From: Acidimicrobiales bacterium | Lineage (GTDB): Bacteria > Actinomycetota > Acidimicrobiia > Acidimicrobiales > CATQHL01 | Assembly: GCA_965206165.1 (NCBI GenBank) | Contig: OZ242194.1 | Location: 3,513,881-3,577,880 of the forward strand | Direction of reading: 5' to 3' | Length of the DNA stretch: 64,000 bases | Part shown: in pieces, positions 18,997 through 28,937 of the stretch | How positions within the stretch are numbered: position 1 is the first letter of the stretch | Layout of the letters: every line of letters starts with the position of its first letter | The notes under the pieces: model-generated | Told to the model about the DNA's origin: nothing | Databases searched by the model: none | What the model saw: only the letters and a program-made list of their open reading frames with translations | Program-made: the position numbers and the translations under genes

Positions 18997-19992
18997 CTAG
19001 CCGTCACTGGCCGCGAGGCCGACGCTGTGGTGGAACTCACGCATCGACGCCGCCCCGGTCGCGGCGCTGCCGGGAACGTCCGGAAGCGCTCCGACGAAGG
19101 ATTCGAGAGCGGACACCCCATGCGGGGTCCAGGCGTCGAGCCACTCCAGCAGCTGCGCCCGATTCGACTCGACGCCGAGCATGTGGCCGACAAGGGCCTG
19201 CGCCCAGCGCCGCGACCGGTCACCGTCCCGCAGAGCCGCCTCGGCCATCAGCGCCAGCAGCGTGTCATCGTTGCGCCGCGCGCTCTGCGCCATCGCCCGA
19301 TGGAAGCCTTCGGAGATCGCCGGCAGCGCCACCAGGTTCAATGCGACGAAGGCCTCCGCCCAGTCGTAGGTGACCAGGGTCCGCTCCATCAGTTCCCGGT
19401 AGCCCTGCCAGGCCGAAGCGTTCTCCCACGCGGCGCGTTCGCTATCGCCGAACGACCGGTCGGGGTGCGCCTTCGCCAGCGACGCCGTCCGGTAGGCGAT
19501 CCGGGACAACCAGCGCAGTGCATCGGCGGTCTGGAAGGCCGCGCAGTTGCAGATCGTGCTGGCGGGCGCCATGTGCACGAGGTAGGCCGAGGCCATCTGG
19601 CTGGTGTGGATCAGGTACCGCCCGGGGGTGTACAGAGCCTCGAGCGCGTCGAGCCAGGCGCCGGGAAGGCTCTCGTCGTGTCCCTCGCTGTCGTACTGAT
19701 CCGCCAGCCCGTCGACATAGGACTCCTGGCCGTCCTGGAGGATGTTGTACGTGCGGTAGACCATCTCGTCGGGATCGCGGAACGAATCCCAGTCGTCGTG
19801 CGTGATCGGGCTGTTGTCGCGGTAGCGCATCACCCAGTCGTTCATGAAGCTGGCGCCCTCGACCTCGAATGGCACCTGCTCGCCCCGGGCGTGCCAGAGC
19901 AGACCGGTCGAGACGATCTCGTACTCCGACGGCCGCCGGCGCTGGCCGACCAGATGACTCCACGTTCTGAGCGGCTTGAGTACCTCAGTCAT
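18997..19992 (-). CDS. soluble diiron monooxygenase hydroxylase beta subunit (TmoE-like)
   Basis: ORF track 331 aa. N-terminus LKPLRTWSHLVGQRRRPSEYEIVS is characteristic of toluene/alkene monooxygenase beta subunits. Confidence 0.88.
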   Translation of the reverse strand: MTEVLKPLRTWSHLVGQRRRPSEYEIVSTGLLWHARGEQVPFEVEGASFMNDWVMRYRDNSPITHDDWDSFRDPDEMVYRTYNILQDGQESYVDGLADQYDSEGHDESLPGAWLDALEALYTPGRYLIHTSQMASAYLVHMAPASTICNCAAFQTADALRWLSRIAYRTASLAKAHPDRSFGDSERAAWENASAWQGYRELMERTLVTYDWAEAFVALNLVALPAISEGFHRAMAQSARRNDDTLLALMAEAALRDGDRSRRWAQALVGHMLGVESNRAQLLEWLDAWTPHGVSALESFVGALPDVPGSAATGAASMREFHHSVGLAASDG

Positions 19993-20275
19993 GGCGTTCT
20001 CCCAGGTAGAAACGAATCACTTCGGTCGAGGTGTCGATCCGGCCCGCGAAGCTGGGCATGTTCGCCTCGAGTTCGTGCAGCTTGAACGGCCGTCCCAGCT
20101 CCCGTTCGACCGAGGCACGGGTGATCACGCACTCGCCCTCGACCTGGATCCGGACGTACGAACCGCGGTCCACAACGTTGACCGCCCGCCCGGCGTTGTC
20201 CTCCTCAGCAGCCGCCACAACGGCTCGGGCAACCTCACCGCTCTGGATCACGGGACCGACGGTGCCGACGCTCAT
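19985..20275 (-). CDS. monooxygenase effector/coupling protein (MmoB/DmpM family, TmoD-like)
   Basis: ORF 19985..20278. Start is ATG 20275 or GTG 20278, both overlapping the upstream TGA, with GAGGAGG upstream. VGPVIQSGEVARAVV...DRGSYVRIQVEGECVITRASVERELGRPFKLHELEANMPSFAGRI. Confidence 0.9.
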   Translation of the reverse strand: MSVGTVGPVIQSGEVARAVVAAAEEDNAGRAVNVVDRGSYVRIQVEGECVITRASVERELGRPFKLHELEANMPSFAGRIDTSTEVIRFYLGERHD

Positions 20276-20532
20276 CACGCCTCCTCGTAGTAGAAGTCGA
20301 GTGTCTGGGTTGGCGCCAGACCGGCTTCGGCCACCGTCATGTCCAGCGGCAGCGGCTCGGTCTCGCCCGCTTTCCGGGCACGGATGACCCCGCCCTCACC
20401 GGCGACGTGCAGGCCGATCACGTTCTCCGTCGCCGCCTCGGCGACCTGGGCCATGGTGTGCTCGGTGTCGACGACGAGAAGCTTCAGCACGAAGTCCCCG
20501 TAGAAGTTCACCGAGAGTGGGAATGCTGCCAT
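20275..20532 (-). CDS. TmoB-like small (gamma) subunit of toluene/alkene monooxygenase
   Basis: ORF track 85 aa. MAAFPLSVNFYGDFVLKLLVVDTEHTMAQVAEA parallels the TmoB N-terminus as I recall it. Confidence 0.8.
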   Translation of the reverse strand: MAAFPLSVNFYGDFVLKLLVVDTEHTMAQVAEAATENVIGLHVAGEGGVIRARKAGETEPLPLDMTVAEAGLAPTQTLDFYYEEA

Positions 20533-20544
20533 CGGTCGTTCCTC

Positions 20545-22038
20545 CTATGCCGCGTCGGCACTCTCGACATAGGCGGAGACCCACTCGTAGTCGTGGGCGT
20601 CGCCGCCGCCGTCGCTGAGCACGCCGATGCCCATGTACTGGAGCACGCCGCCGAGGTCGGGCGGCTGGATCTCGCCGGCGAGCAGGCGATCAACGATCGT
20701 CTTGTGGGCGGCGTAGCGCTCCGGGTCCTGCTCGAAGATCCAGCGATCGGGCTCCGAGCCGAAGTGGTAGAGCCGCCCGTTGTACTCCAGCGGGTAGTCC
20801 TGGGTCGTCTTGAACGGCGTCCCGACGATCGGGATGTTCGACATGTTGCAGATCATCGGCAACGTGCCGGGAACGGTCCTGGCGATATCGCCCCGCTTGA
20901 GGTTCTCGATGATGACGTCCCAGCACTTGCCGAAGGTGTCGTTCCACCCCGGGTACTTCTCCTCGAGCCAGTCGCGCTCGTCGGGGCCCACACCGGCCGC
21001 CGGCGAGAACCACAGGGTGGGCCGCCACGACCACGTGCCGAGTTGCTGACCGTGGTGATGCTCGTCGATGTCGGCCAGGAACATGTCCCAGTACCAGGGC
21101 TTCGCCAAGCCCAGGTCCTCCAGGCTGTTGACGAACTGCGTGACGATCCACTCTTGCATGAACTCCTTGAACGATCCCTCCCGTTTGTCCAGGGGGATGT
21201 AGTAGTCCATCGGGATGCCCGTCAGGATCGTGAACAACTTCCACGACCGCCAGAACGCCACGTCGACGAGGCGCTGAGCCCGCTCCTTCTCGCCGTTCTC
21301 GATCAGCATCGACAGAATCGGTGTGCCGATCTGGGCGTGGCGGGCCTCGTCGGACTGGATGCTCTGGATCAGCTTGGAGAAGCTGAAGTCCCCGGCGTTG
21401 GCCGCATCCGACGAAAGGCCGATGAACTGCAGGTTGGTGAACCCGGTCTCGAACGCGAAGTTCAACAGGATGGATGTCGAGATCGCGTCGCGGGTCATCA
21501 TCATGTCGTCGAAGAAGTGACGGCCCGCGATGATGCCCCAGTTGTTGGACTTCATGCCCGAATGGGCCCAGTCGAACTGGCGATCCGTCGGTACGTACTC
21601 GTGGGGGAAGAACAACTGGAGTTGCGCGTGGCGGATCTCGTCGAGCATCCCGAACGTGCCCATGTTCCGCATGCCCGGGGACCGGGACCAACGCACGAAC
21701 CGCGACTCCATGAGGGCGGCGTTGTACTCGACGACCGATACCGCGCCGTAGTGGAGTTTCAAGGTGCTGATCCACCCTGGATCCACCTTGGAGCGCAGGT
21801 CCATGCGTTCCAGCGCCGCCTTGACCGAGTAGGCCCCGGCGTCCTTCTGGCGCTGGATGTCGACGTACTCCCGGTAGCTGATCTTGTACGGCTCGTCGTA
21901 GGTGGACCACACCTCGTCGGGAATGTCGTAGTCGCCGCTGTGCCCGGAGGGATACAACTCGTCCTCAGTGACATAGCCGGGTGTCCACTCCGTGCGCCGC
22001 GCGATGTCGTACCACTCGCTCCGCTCGAGCAAAGCCAT
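20545..22038 (-). CDS. soluble diiron monooxygenase hydroxylase alpha subunit (TmoA-like)
   Basis: ORF track 497 aa. Both diiron ligand motifs are present (FGMLDEIRHAQLQ and SIQSDEARHAQIG). N-terminus SEWYDIARRTEWTPGYVTEDELYP. AAGGAGA RBS upstream. Confidence 0.93.
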   Translation of the reverse strand: MALLERSEWYDIARRTEWTPGYVTEDELYPSGHSGDYDIPDEVWSTYDEPYKISYREYVDIQRQKDAGAYSVKAALERMDLRSKVDPGWISTLKLHYGAVSVVEYNAALMESRFVRWSRSPGMRNMGTFGMLDEIRHAQLQLFFPHEYVPTDRQFDWAHSGMKSNNWGIIAGRHFFDDMMMTRDAISTSILLNFAFETGFTNLQFIGLSSDAANAGDFSFSKLIQSIQSDEARHAQIGTPILSMLIENGEKERAQRLVDVAFWRSWKLFTILTGIPMDYYIPLDKREGSFKEFMQEWIVTQFVNSLEDLGLAKPWYWDMFLADIDEHHHGQQLGTWSWRPTLWFSPAAGVGPDERDWLEEKYPGWNDTFGKCWDVIIENLKRGDIARTVPGTLPMICNMSNIPIVGTPFKTTQDYPLEYNGRLYHFGSEPDRWIFEQDPERYAAHKTIVDRLLAGEIQPPDLGGVLQYMGIGVLSDGGGDAHDYEWVSAYVESADAA

Positions 22039-22104
22039 GCTGGGTCTCCTTCTGCTTGTTGATTCCGTCGAAGTGCCGGTGAGTCTCTGCTGCGCCCTCG
22101 GCGC

Positions 22105-22845
22105 TCAGGAGCCGTGCGCCGAGCCGAGCGGCCCCTCGCCGCCCGGATAGCAGAACGAGATCGCCGGTGAGTAGAAGCCGAACGTGACCTCGAGAGGGTC
22201 CGCCGGCCGCAGGTCCCACGTCGGATGGCCCGAGTCGAGGAACTCCAGCGACACAACTTCGAACTCCGCGGCGAAGTCGGCTACGAACGGGTACCGCCCG
22301 CTGACCATCTCACCATCGACTCGGGTGACGTACCGCAGCTGTCCGGTTCCTCGAGCCGGGTTACCGACGACCACGTCGCAGACGGTACGGATGATCGGGT
22401 TCCCTTCGACAATGGTCGTCGCCGTCAGCGTCCCGCCATCGAGGTCCAGATCGGTTCGCCCCTCCGAGATGGGCACCCCGTGGGCCGCGGCGTAGCGGTT
22501 CATGGCGACACTGCTGTTCATGTAGTGGGTCCACCAGCGGGCGGGAACCCCCGCCTCGGTGTCGAGGCCGGCGAGATCGAGCCCCAGATAGGTCAGCGAG
22601 TAGGCGCCGAACGAGTCCGGCTCCCCGGCCGAGGAGATCTGCGACTCGTCGTCGACGACGTACTGGTTCATGTAGCAGAGACTTCCGTCGGTCGGCATCA
22701 ACCCGTCGGGCACGAGCGCGGCGGCTGCGTCCGGATCGGCCGGCTTCCACACGAGGTACAACATCCGAGCATCCGTGATGAGCTGCGGCGCATGCGCGAA
22801 ACCGGTCATTCCGAACTCCTCGACCCGTGTACCGACTACCGACAT
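22105..22845 (-). CDS. hypothetical protein, possibly acetoacetate-decarboxylase-like fold
   Basis: ORF track 246 aa. Its size and the N-terminal pattern ARMLYLVWKPADPDAAAALVPDGLMPTDG... remind me of ADC-superfamily proteins, but the assignment is weak. It is clearly coding, with an RBS and tight packing. Confidence 0.35.
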   Translation of the reverse strand: MSVVGTRVEEFGMTGFAHAPQLITDARMLYLVWKPADPDAAAALVPDGLMPTDGSLCYMNQYVVDDESQISSAGEPDSFGAYSLTYLGLDLAGLDTEAGVPARWWTHYMNSSVAMNRYAAAHGVPISEGRTDLDLDGGTLTATTIVEGNPIIRTVCDVVVGNPARGTGQLRYVTRVDGEMVSGRYPFVADFAAEFEVVSLEFLDSGHPTWDLRPADPLEVTFGFYSPAISFCYPGGEGPLGSAHGS

Positions 22846-22867
22846 CGCTACCTTAGTCTCCGGGCAA

Positions 22868-23665
22868 TTAGGGCAGTTCGGGCAGGCCTTCGGCAGGCAT
22901 CCGGCGGTGGCTCTCGGCGGTGGCGCGGGTCATGAGGGGCTCGGTGCCCAGCGATTCGAGCAACTCGGTGGCCGCCTCCACCTCGCCAAGACGGCGCACG
23001 CTGTGCGTGCCGGTTCCCTCCAGCAAGCGGCGCAGGAACGCTTCGTCGAGCGAACTGAGCTGATGGATGAGGTTCTCCCACGTCTCAGCCGATAACCCTG
23101 CCTGCTCGGCGGCCCGCATGGATTCGATGATCAGCGCCGGGAGGCCTTTCATCACCACGCTGCGCAGCAACTTCCGAGTGGCCGCGAGACCTGCGGTGGC
23201 ACCGATCGGCTCCACCGGCACCCCGGCGGGCGTCAGCATCTGAACATAACGCTCGGCGCCGGGGCCGGAGGCCAGTGAGGCGGTGAACAAGCCGTTGCCC
23301 GGCACCATCGCCATCAGGGCCACGTCCACGAAAGCCAGCGAGCGGGACGCGGCGACGGCGGCGAGGTCCTGCTTGCGGGCGACCGAGGCGGTTGACAGGT
23401 CCGCGTACACGGCATCTGCAGGGATCTCGTGCAGGGCCTGCGTCAGTGCACCCATGGCGTCGGCCGCGGCGGTCGCGGCCATCACCAGGCCCGCACCCTG
23501 GACAGCCTCCCGGGGGTCGTCGGTCTGGCGCACACCCTCCGGTGCCGGCCGGGGAGCGGGGTCGTAGCCGGTGACGGTGGCGCCGGCCGACGCCAGATCC
23601 GCCGAGATGAGGGAGCCGGCCTCGCCGAGACCGAAGAACCCGACGGTCAGCCCGGCAAGGGTCAT
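22868..23665 (-). CDS. NAD(P)-dependent oxidoreductase, 6-phosphogluconate/3-hydroxyisobutyrate dehydrogenase-like
   Basis: ORF 22868..23965, start at ATG 23665. N-terminal Rossmann motif VGFFGLGEAGSLISADL. The helical C-terminal domain fits the 6PGDH-NADP-binding family. Confidence 0.7.
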   Translation of the reverse strand: MTLAGLTVGFFGLGEAGSLISADLASAGATVTGYDPAPRPAPEGVRQTDDPREAVQGAGLVMAATAAADAMGALTQALHEIPADAVYADLSTASVARKQDLAAVAASRSLAFVDVALMAMVPGNGLFTASLASGPGAERYVQMLTPAGVPVEPIGATAGLAATRKLLRSVVMKGLPALIIESMRAAEQAGLSAETWENLIHQLSSLDEAFLRRLLEGTGTHSVRRLGEVEAATELLESLGTEPLMTRATAESHRRMPAEGLPELP

Positions 23666-23753
23666 GGGCTCGGCCGGTCGGGGACGAGATCCGAACCGCC
23701 GAGGCTCATCATCGGTCCGCCGGCAATCAGAAGTCCGGCCGCCGCGCTCGTCG

Positions 23754-24458
23754 CTACCCCGCGTCCAGGTCGTCGAGTCGATCGACGTGGACGACGCCGA
23801 GTTCGGCCAGCTTCGCGCCCAGGCCGGCGATGTCGAGGGACAGCTCACCCGCCGCGAGTCGCGCCCGGGTGACCTCCTCGGCGGCCAGGCGCTTGCGGGC
23901 ACCCTCCAACGCCTCGGCCGCCTGCAGCCGGGGCACCACGACCACGCCGTCGTCGTCGGCAACAACCACGTCGCCCGGATGGACGGACTGCTGGCCGAGG
24001 GTGATCGGCACGTTCACCCAGCCGGGCGTGGTCTTCATGGGACCCTGGCAACCGACGTGCTGGGACCACACGCCGAATCCCATGGCGCGGATCGGCTCGA
24101 CGTCGCGCACCGCCCCGTCGGTGATGAGACCCACCCCACCCCGGGCCGCAGTGGACGTGGCCATCAACTCCCCGAACAGGCCGTTGCTGGAGGGTGCGGT
24201 GCTGGCGACCACCAGAACGTCGCCCGGCTCCAAGAGCGCTATTGCGGCGTGGATCATGATGTTGTCGCCGGGGTGGACCAGCACGGTGATCGCCGAGCCG
24301 GCGATCCGGAGACCCTGCTGGAGGGGCCGGATGTGCGAACCCACGAAGCCGTGCCGACCGATCGCCTCGTGCACGGTGGAGGTGTCGATCGAGCGGAATT
24401 CCTCGACCAGCGAACGAGGGGCGCGCTCGACGTTGCGGACGACGACGTTGGGGTTCAT
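23754..24458 (-). CDS. RraA-family protein (4-hydroxy-4-methyl-2-oxoglutarate aldolase / oxaloacetate decarboxylase-like)
   Basis: ORF track 234 aa. PGDVLVVAS...GLFGELMATSTAARGGVGLITDGAVRDV...PGDVVVADDDGVVVVP is the RraA/HMG-aldolase pattern. Confidence 0.8.
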   Translation of the reverse strand: MNPNVVVRNVERAPRSLVEEFRSIDTSTVHEAIGRHGFVGSHIRPLQQGLRIAGSAITVLVHPGDNIMIHAAIALLEPGDVLVVASTAPSSNGLFGELMATSTAARGGVGLITDGAVRDVEPIRAMGFGVWSQHVGCQGPMKTTPGWVNVPITLGQQSVHPGDVVVADDDGVVVVPRLQAAEALEGARKRLAAEEVTRARLAAGELSLDIAGLGAKLAELGVVHVDRLDDLDAG

Positions 24459-25135
24459 GACCGACCCCCATCACCCGGGTCGACCCCGTGGGAGGCCAGG
24501 AAGGCGAGCGTGCGCTCCAACGCCAGCGCGGCCGCCTCGGCGTGATAGGAGTCGCGAGCGTCGCAGTTGAAGCCGTGGTCGGCGCCGGGATACACGTGCA
24601 CCGGCACCGTGGGGTGCGCCCGGGTGATCGCCTCCACATCGGACAGCGGGATCATGTAGTCCACCTCGCCGAAGTGCAGCAGCATCGGCGCCTGCGGGGC
24701 GCGGTCGAGGAAGGGGATGATCTGGCCGCCGTAGTAGCCGACGGCGGCGGCAACGGGCAAGGCGTTCGCTGCCAGCCAGGCGAGGCTGCCGCCGTAGCAG
24801 TAGCCGACCACCCCGACCGGGCCGTCGCCCGAGAGGTGGGCGACCGCCGCGCCGACGTCGCGCACGGTGTCGTCCCAATCGATGGCGCTGCGCATCGCCC
24901 GGCCCTGGGTCACCGTGTCGGCGGTGTAGCCCAGCTCCACCCCCCGCTCGAGGCGGTCGAACAGGGCCGGCGCGGTGGCCCGGAAGCCCAGGGCTCCGTA
25001 GCGGTCCACGACGTCGCGGATGTGGGCGTTCACCCCGAAGATCTCCTGGATGATCACGATCCCTGCGGCGGCGGTGGTAGGGCCGGCCTCGTAGGCGTCG
25101 AGTTCGTGACCGTCGTCGGCGGTCAGTCGAATCAT
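24455..25135 (-). CDS. dienelactone hydrolase family protein
   Basis: Lower part of ORF 24455..25831, start at ATG 25135. IVIIQEIFGVNAHIRDV...VGVVGYCYGGSLAW (nucleophile Cys motif G-x-C-x-G)...GADHGF. ATGA overlap with the next gene. Confidence 0.85.
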   Translation of the reverse strand: MIRLTADDGHELDAYEAGPTTAAAGIVIIQEIFGVNAHIRDVVDRYGALGFRATAPALFDRLERGVELGYTADTVTQGRAMRSAIDWDDTVRDVGAAVAHLSGDGPVGVVGYCYGGSLAWLAANALPVAAAVGYYGGQIIPFLDRAPQAPMLLHFGEVDYMIPLSDVEAITRAHPTVPVHVYPGADHGFNCDARDSYHAEAAALALERTLAFLASHGVDPGDGGRS

Positions 25136-25194
25136 GGCTGCTGCCCTCCTCGTGGGGTTGCGGTGGCGACCCGACCGTTTCGCCGGGCCCGCCC

Positions 25195-26651
<1,457 letters not shown>

Positions 26652-26655
<4 letters not shown>

Positions 26656-27716
26656 GCTTGCGCTCCCCCGGTCCCGCCGAGGGCCTCCTTCAGGTCGGCG
26701 ATGGCGGGGATCGGGCCCGGGTCCACGCCGCGCAGTGCCGCCAGGTGAAGCGACACGAAGTCGCCGAACAGCATCAGGTCCATGATCTGGGCGATTGGCC
26801 CCTCGCCCCCGGCGCGCACCTCGTAGATCTCCCGCACGACGCCGTCGAGGAGGTCGTCGAGAAAGTCGAAGGTGGCCGCCACCTGCGGGGGTTCGAAGTC
26901 GTGGCGGAGTTGGACGGCGCTGAAGGCCGGCGCGGTGAGTTCATCGAACGTGCCCCAGCCGGCGATCTCGTTGTGGGTCATCTCCGGCAGTGCCGCGCTG
27001 AAGGCCGGCGTCTTGGCGTTCTCGTTGAACTGCGCCTTCCAGCGCCGCGCCGCCACCTCTCCGATCCCACCGGGCCCGTAGATGACCGGGATCGTTCCGG
27101 CGATCTCTGAGGCGAGTCGCAGGGCCGGATTGCTCGCCTCGCGGAGTTGGCTGCGGCGCACCCGCAGTTGCTCGGCCGCCCGCGCCAGCCACTCGCTGGC
27201 GCCCGGGAAGAATCCGAGATCCTCCAGGATCGCCAGCACCGGCGCAGCCATGGCGGCGAATCCCGCCCGCGGCATGGGGATGGAGGGATCCACATCGAGC
27301 ACGGGAGCGCCCCACGAGTCGGCCAGCGTCCTCAGGCGTCCACCGGTGCAGACGGCGACCATCTGCCCACCCCGTTCGGCGGCGATGCTCGCAGCGGAGA
27401 GCGTCTCCTCGGTCTCGCCGGAGAACGACACGGCGAATACGAGCGTCCGCCGGTCGACGTAGCTGGGCGGCACGTAGTTCTTCACGACCACGACCGGCAG
27501 CGACATGAACGGCCCCGCCGTCACAGCCAGGAAGTCACCCACCAGGCCGCTGCCACCCATGCCCAGCACCAGCACGCTGGTGATGACGTCGGGATCGTCG
27601 ATCCTGGACGCCGCGCCGGACTCGGTCGCCACCGCGACCCCGGCGGCTATCTGCTCGGGCATCGAGGCCGTTGCAGCGAACATGCCCATGCTGTCAGCGG
27701 GAAGGTGCTCGGTCAC
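26652..27716 (-). CDS. SIS-domain bifunctional phosphoglucose/phosphomannose isomerase family protein
   Basis: ORF track 354 aa. [14 protein letters not shown]...[13 protein letters not shown]...[16 protein letters not shown] start with GTGA overlap. Confidence 0.8.
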
Positions 27717-27949
27717 GGCGTGAAGTTCTCCGTGATTCCCGCTCCGGCGGCCTGCGCCACGACTTGTGCATGCTCGTCACCGTCGAGCGTGGTCGCCTCG
27801 TCGATGAGCATGATCGGGATGCCGTTGTCGATCTCGTAACGCCGCTGTAGGCGGGGGTTGTAGAAGAACCCCTCCGCCTCGAAGTACAGCAACGGGCCCT
27901 TGTCCTCGGGACAGGCCAAGATTTCCACAAGTCGGGGATCGAGCACCAT
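27713..27949 (-). CDS. Trm112-family small zinc-ribbon-like protein
   Basis: ORF 27713..28105, start at ATG 27949 with GAGGTGG upstream. MVLDPRLVEILACPEDKGPLLYFEAEGFFYNPRLQRRYEIDNGIPIMLIDEA. Confidence 0.8.
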   Translation of the reverse strand: MVLDPRLVEILACPEDKGPLLYFEAEGFFYNPRLQRRYEIDNGIPIMLIDEATTLDGDEHAQVVAQAAGAGITENFTP

Positions 27950-28089
27950 CGGTCCACCTCGATCGGATCTGTTCGCCATCCGGTCGGCTCCGGCCGGACC
28001 GGAACAGCCTACGCCTCGCGCCGCGGTGCCGGCCCGATCAGGACCATCGGCAGGGAGACGATCCGGCTGCCGGGTGCGGCGGGACCGCA

Positions 28090-28125
28090 GCCAGTCGTAA
28101 TACAATTAGTGATACTATTCGGGTC
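28090..28125 (+). promoter_or_regulatory. AT-rich promoter region of the TA operon, probably giving a leaderless transcript
   Basis: gtaatacaattagtgatactattcgggtcATG. The -10-like TACTAT at 28113-28118 ends 7 nt before the antitoxin ATG (28126), and no SD is present. No good -35 hexamer. Confidence 0.4.
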
Positions 28126-28365
28126 ATGGGTCACGCGATTTCGGTCCGGCTGGATGAGACGGCGCACCTCGCCCTGCTGCGCCTCGAATCCACCGGGATG
28201 ACTCGCTCCGAAGCGGTCCGCAGTTCTGTGGTGGCAGCGGCAGCACGCCTGACGGAATTCCAGGCCCTCGCGGCGGAAGCGGCGGCGCTCGAAGACGACG
28301 AGGAGGACCTCCGGGAGATGCGGGCAGTGGCGGAAATGATGGAGGAAGTACGTGCGCCGTGGTGA
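28126..28365 (+). CDS. ribbon-helix-helix antitoxin of type II TA pair
   Basis: ORF track 79 aa. MGHAISVRLDETAHLALLRLESTGMTRSEAVRSSV is an RHH fold pattern, followed by an acidic C-terminal tail. Overlaps the toxin gene by 14 nt. Confidence 0.8.
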   Translation: MGHAISVRLDETAHLALLRLESTGMTRSEAVRSSVVAAAARLTEFQALAAEAAALEDDEEDLREMRAVAEMMEEVRAPW

Positions 28366-28669
28366 GGTCCGCCCACTCCGTCTGCCCAAGGGCACGGACC
28401 ACGAACAGCGGGGCCGGCGATACGGCGTCGTCGTGCAGGCCGATGCACTGCTATGCCGCTCAACGGTGCTCGTGGCACCGACCTCGCGCCGCGCCAGGCC
28501 CGCCACGTTCCGCCCGGAGATCGCTGTCGAGGGCATGTCCACGCGAGTGCTCGTCGAGCAAATGGGGGCCGTCGACATGAGCCGCCTCGGAGAACCGATC
28601 GCCCAACTCACCGCCACGGAGCAGTGGGCCATCGACACGGCGTTGCTCACGGTACTGGATCTCACCTGA
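28352..28669 (+). CDS. mazF: MazF/PemK-family endoribonuclease toxin
   Basis: ORF track 105 aa. RRGEVRPLRLPKGTDHEQRGRRYGVVVQAD...VLVAPTS...VLVEQMGAVDMSRL is the typical PemK/MazF layout. Confidence 0.8.
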   Translation: MRRGEVRPLRLPKGTDHEQRGRRYGVVVQADALLCRSTVLVAPTSRRARPATFRPEIAVEGMSTRVLVEQMGAVDMSRLGEPIAQLTATEQWAIDTALLTVLDLT

Positions 28670-28822
28670 CGCACACCACGGGCGGCGCGGCGGCGAGCGG
28701 CGCCACGACATCCCAGCAATCGACGGTTCCATCGCCGCTATCGCACACGCAGACCGTCAATCATGGGGTTTCGGCCCCGGACTGGATGACGCTACACCTG
28801 TCGGTGGCAAACGCTGAGCGTT

Positions 28823-28856
28823 CCCAAGCCGGCATTTGAGCAGCAACCGGCTTGGG
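28823..28856. terminator. 10-bp perfect hairpin between convergent mazF and RCC1-like genes
   Basis: cccaagccgg-catttgagcagcaa-ccggcttggg, with exactly complementary stems. No U-tract on either side, so it would be a factor-independent terminator of the non-canonical kind, if it is one at all. Confidence 0.4.
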
Positions 28857-28937
28857 AGCGCCGCGGGTGTCGCACGGCTCCCGCCGATGACCCGACCGCC
28901 GCAGATCCCACGGCACCCCGTCGTGCGCGTCGCCCTG

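Noticed and set aside
20407-22062. 551-aa ORF antisense to the monooxygenase alpha subunit, and the 406-aa alternative-frame ORF 20690..21910
   Set aside because: Both overlap a gene with intact diiron motifs. Their translations are Arg/Pro/Gly-rich without motifs. High-G+C artefact.
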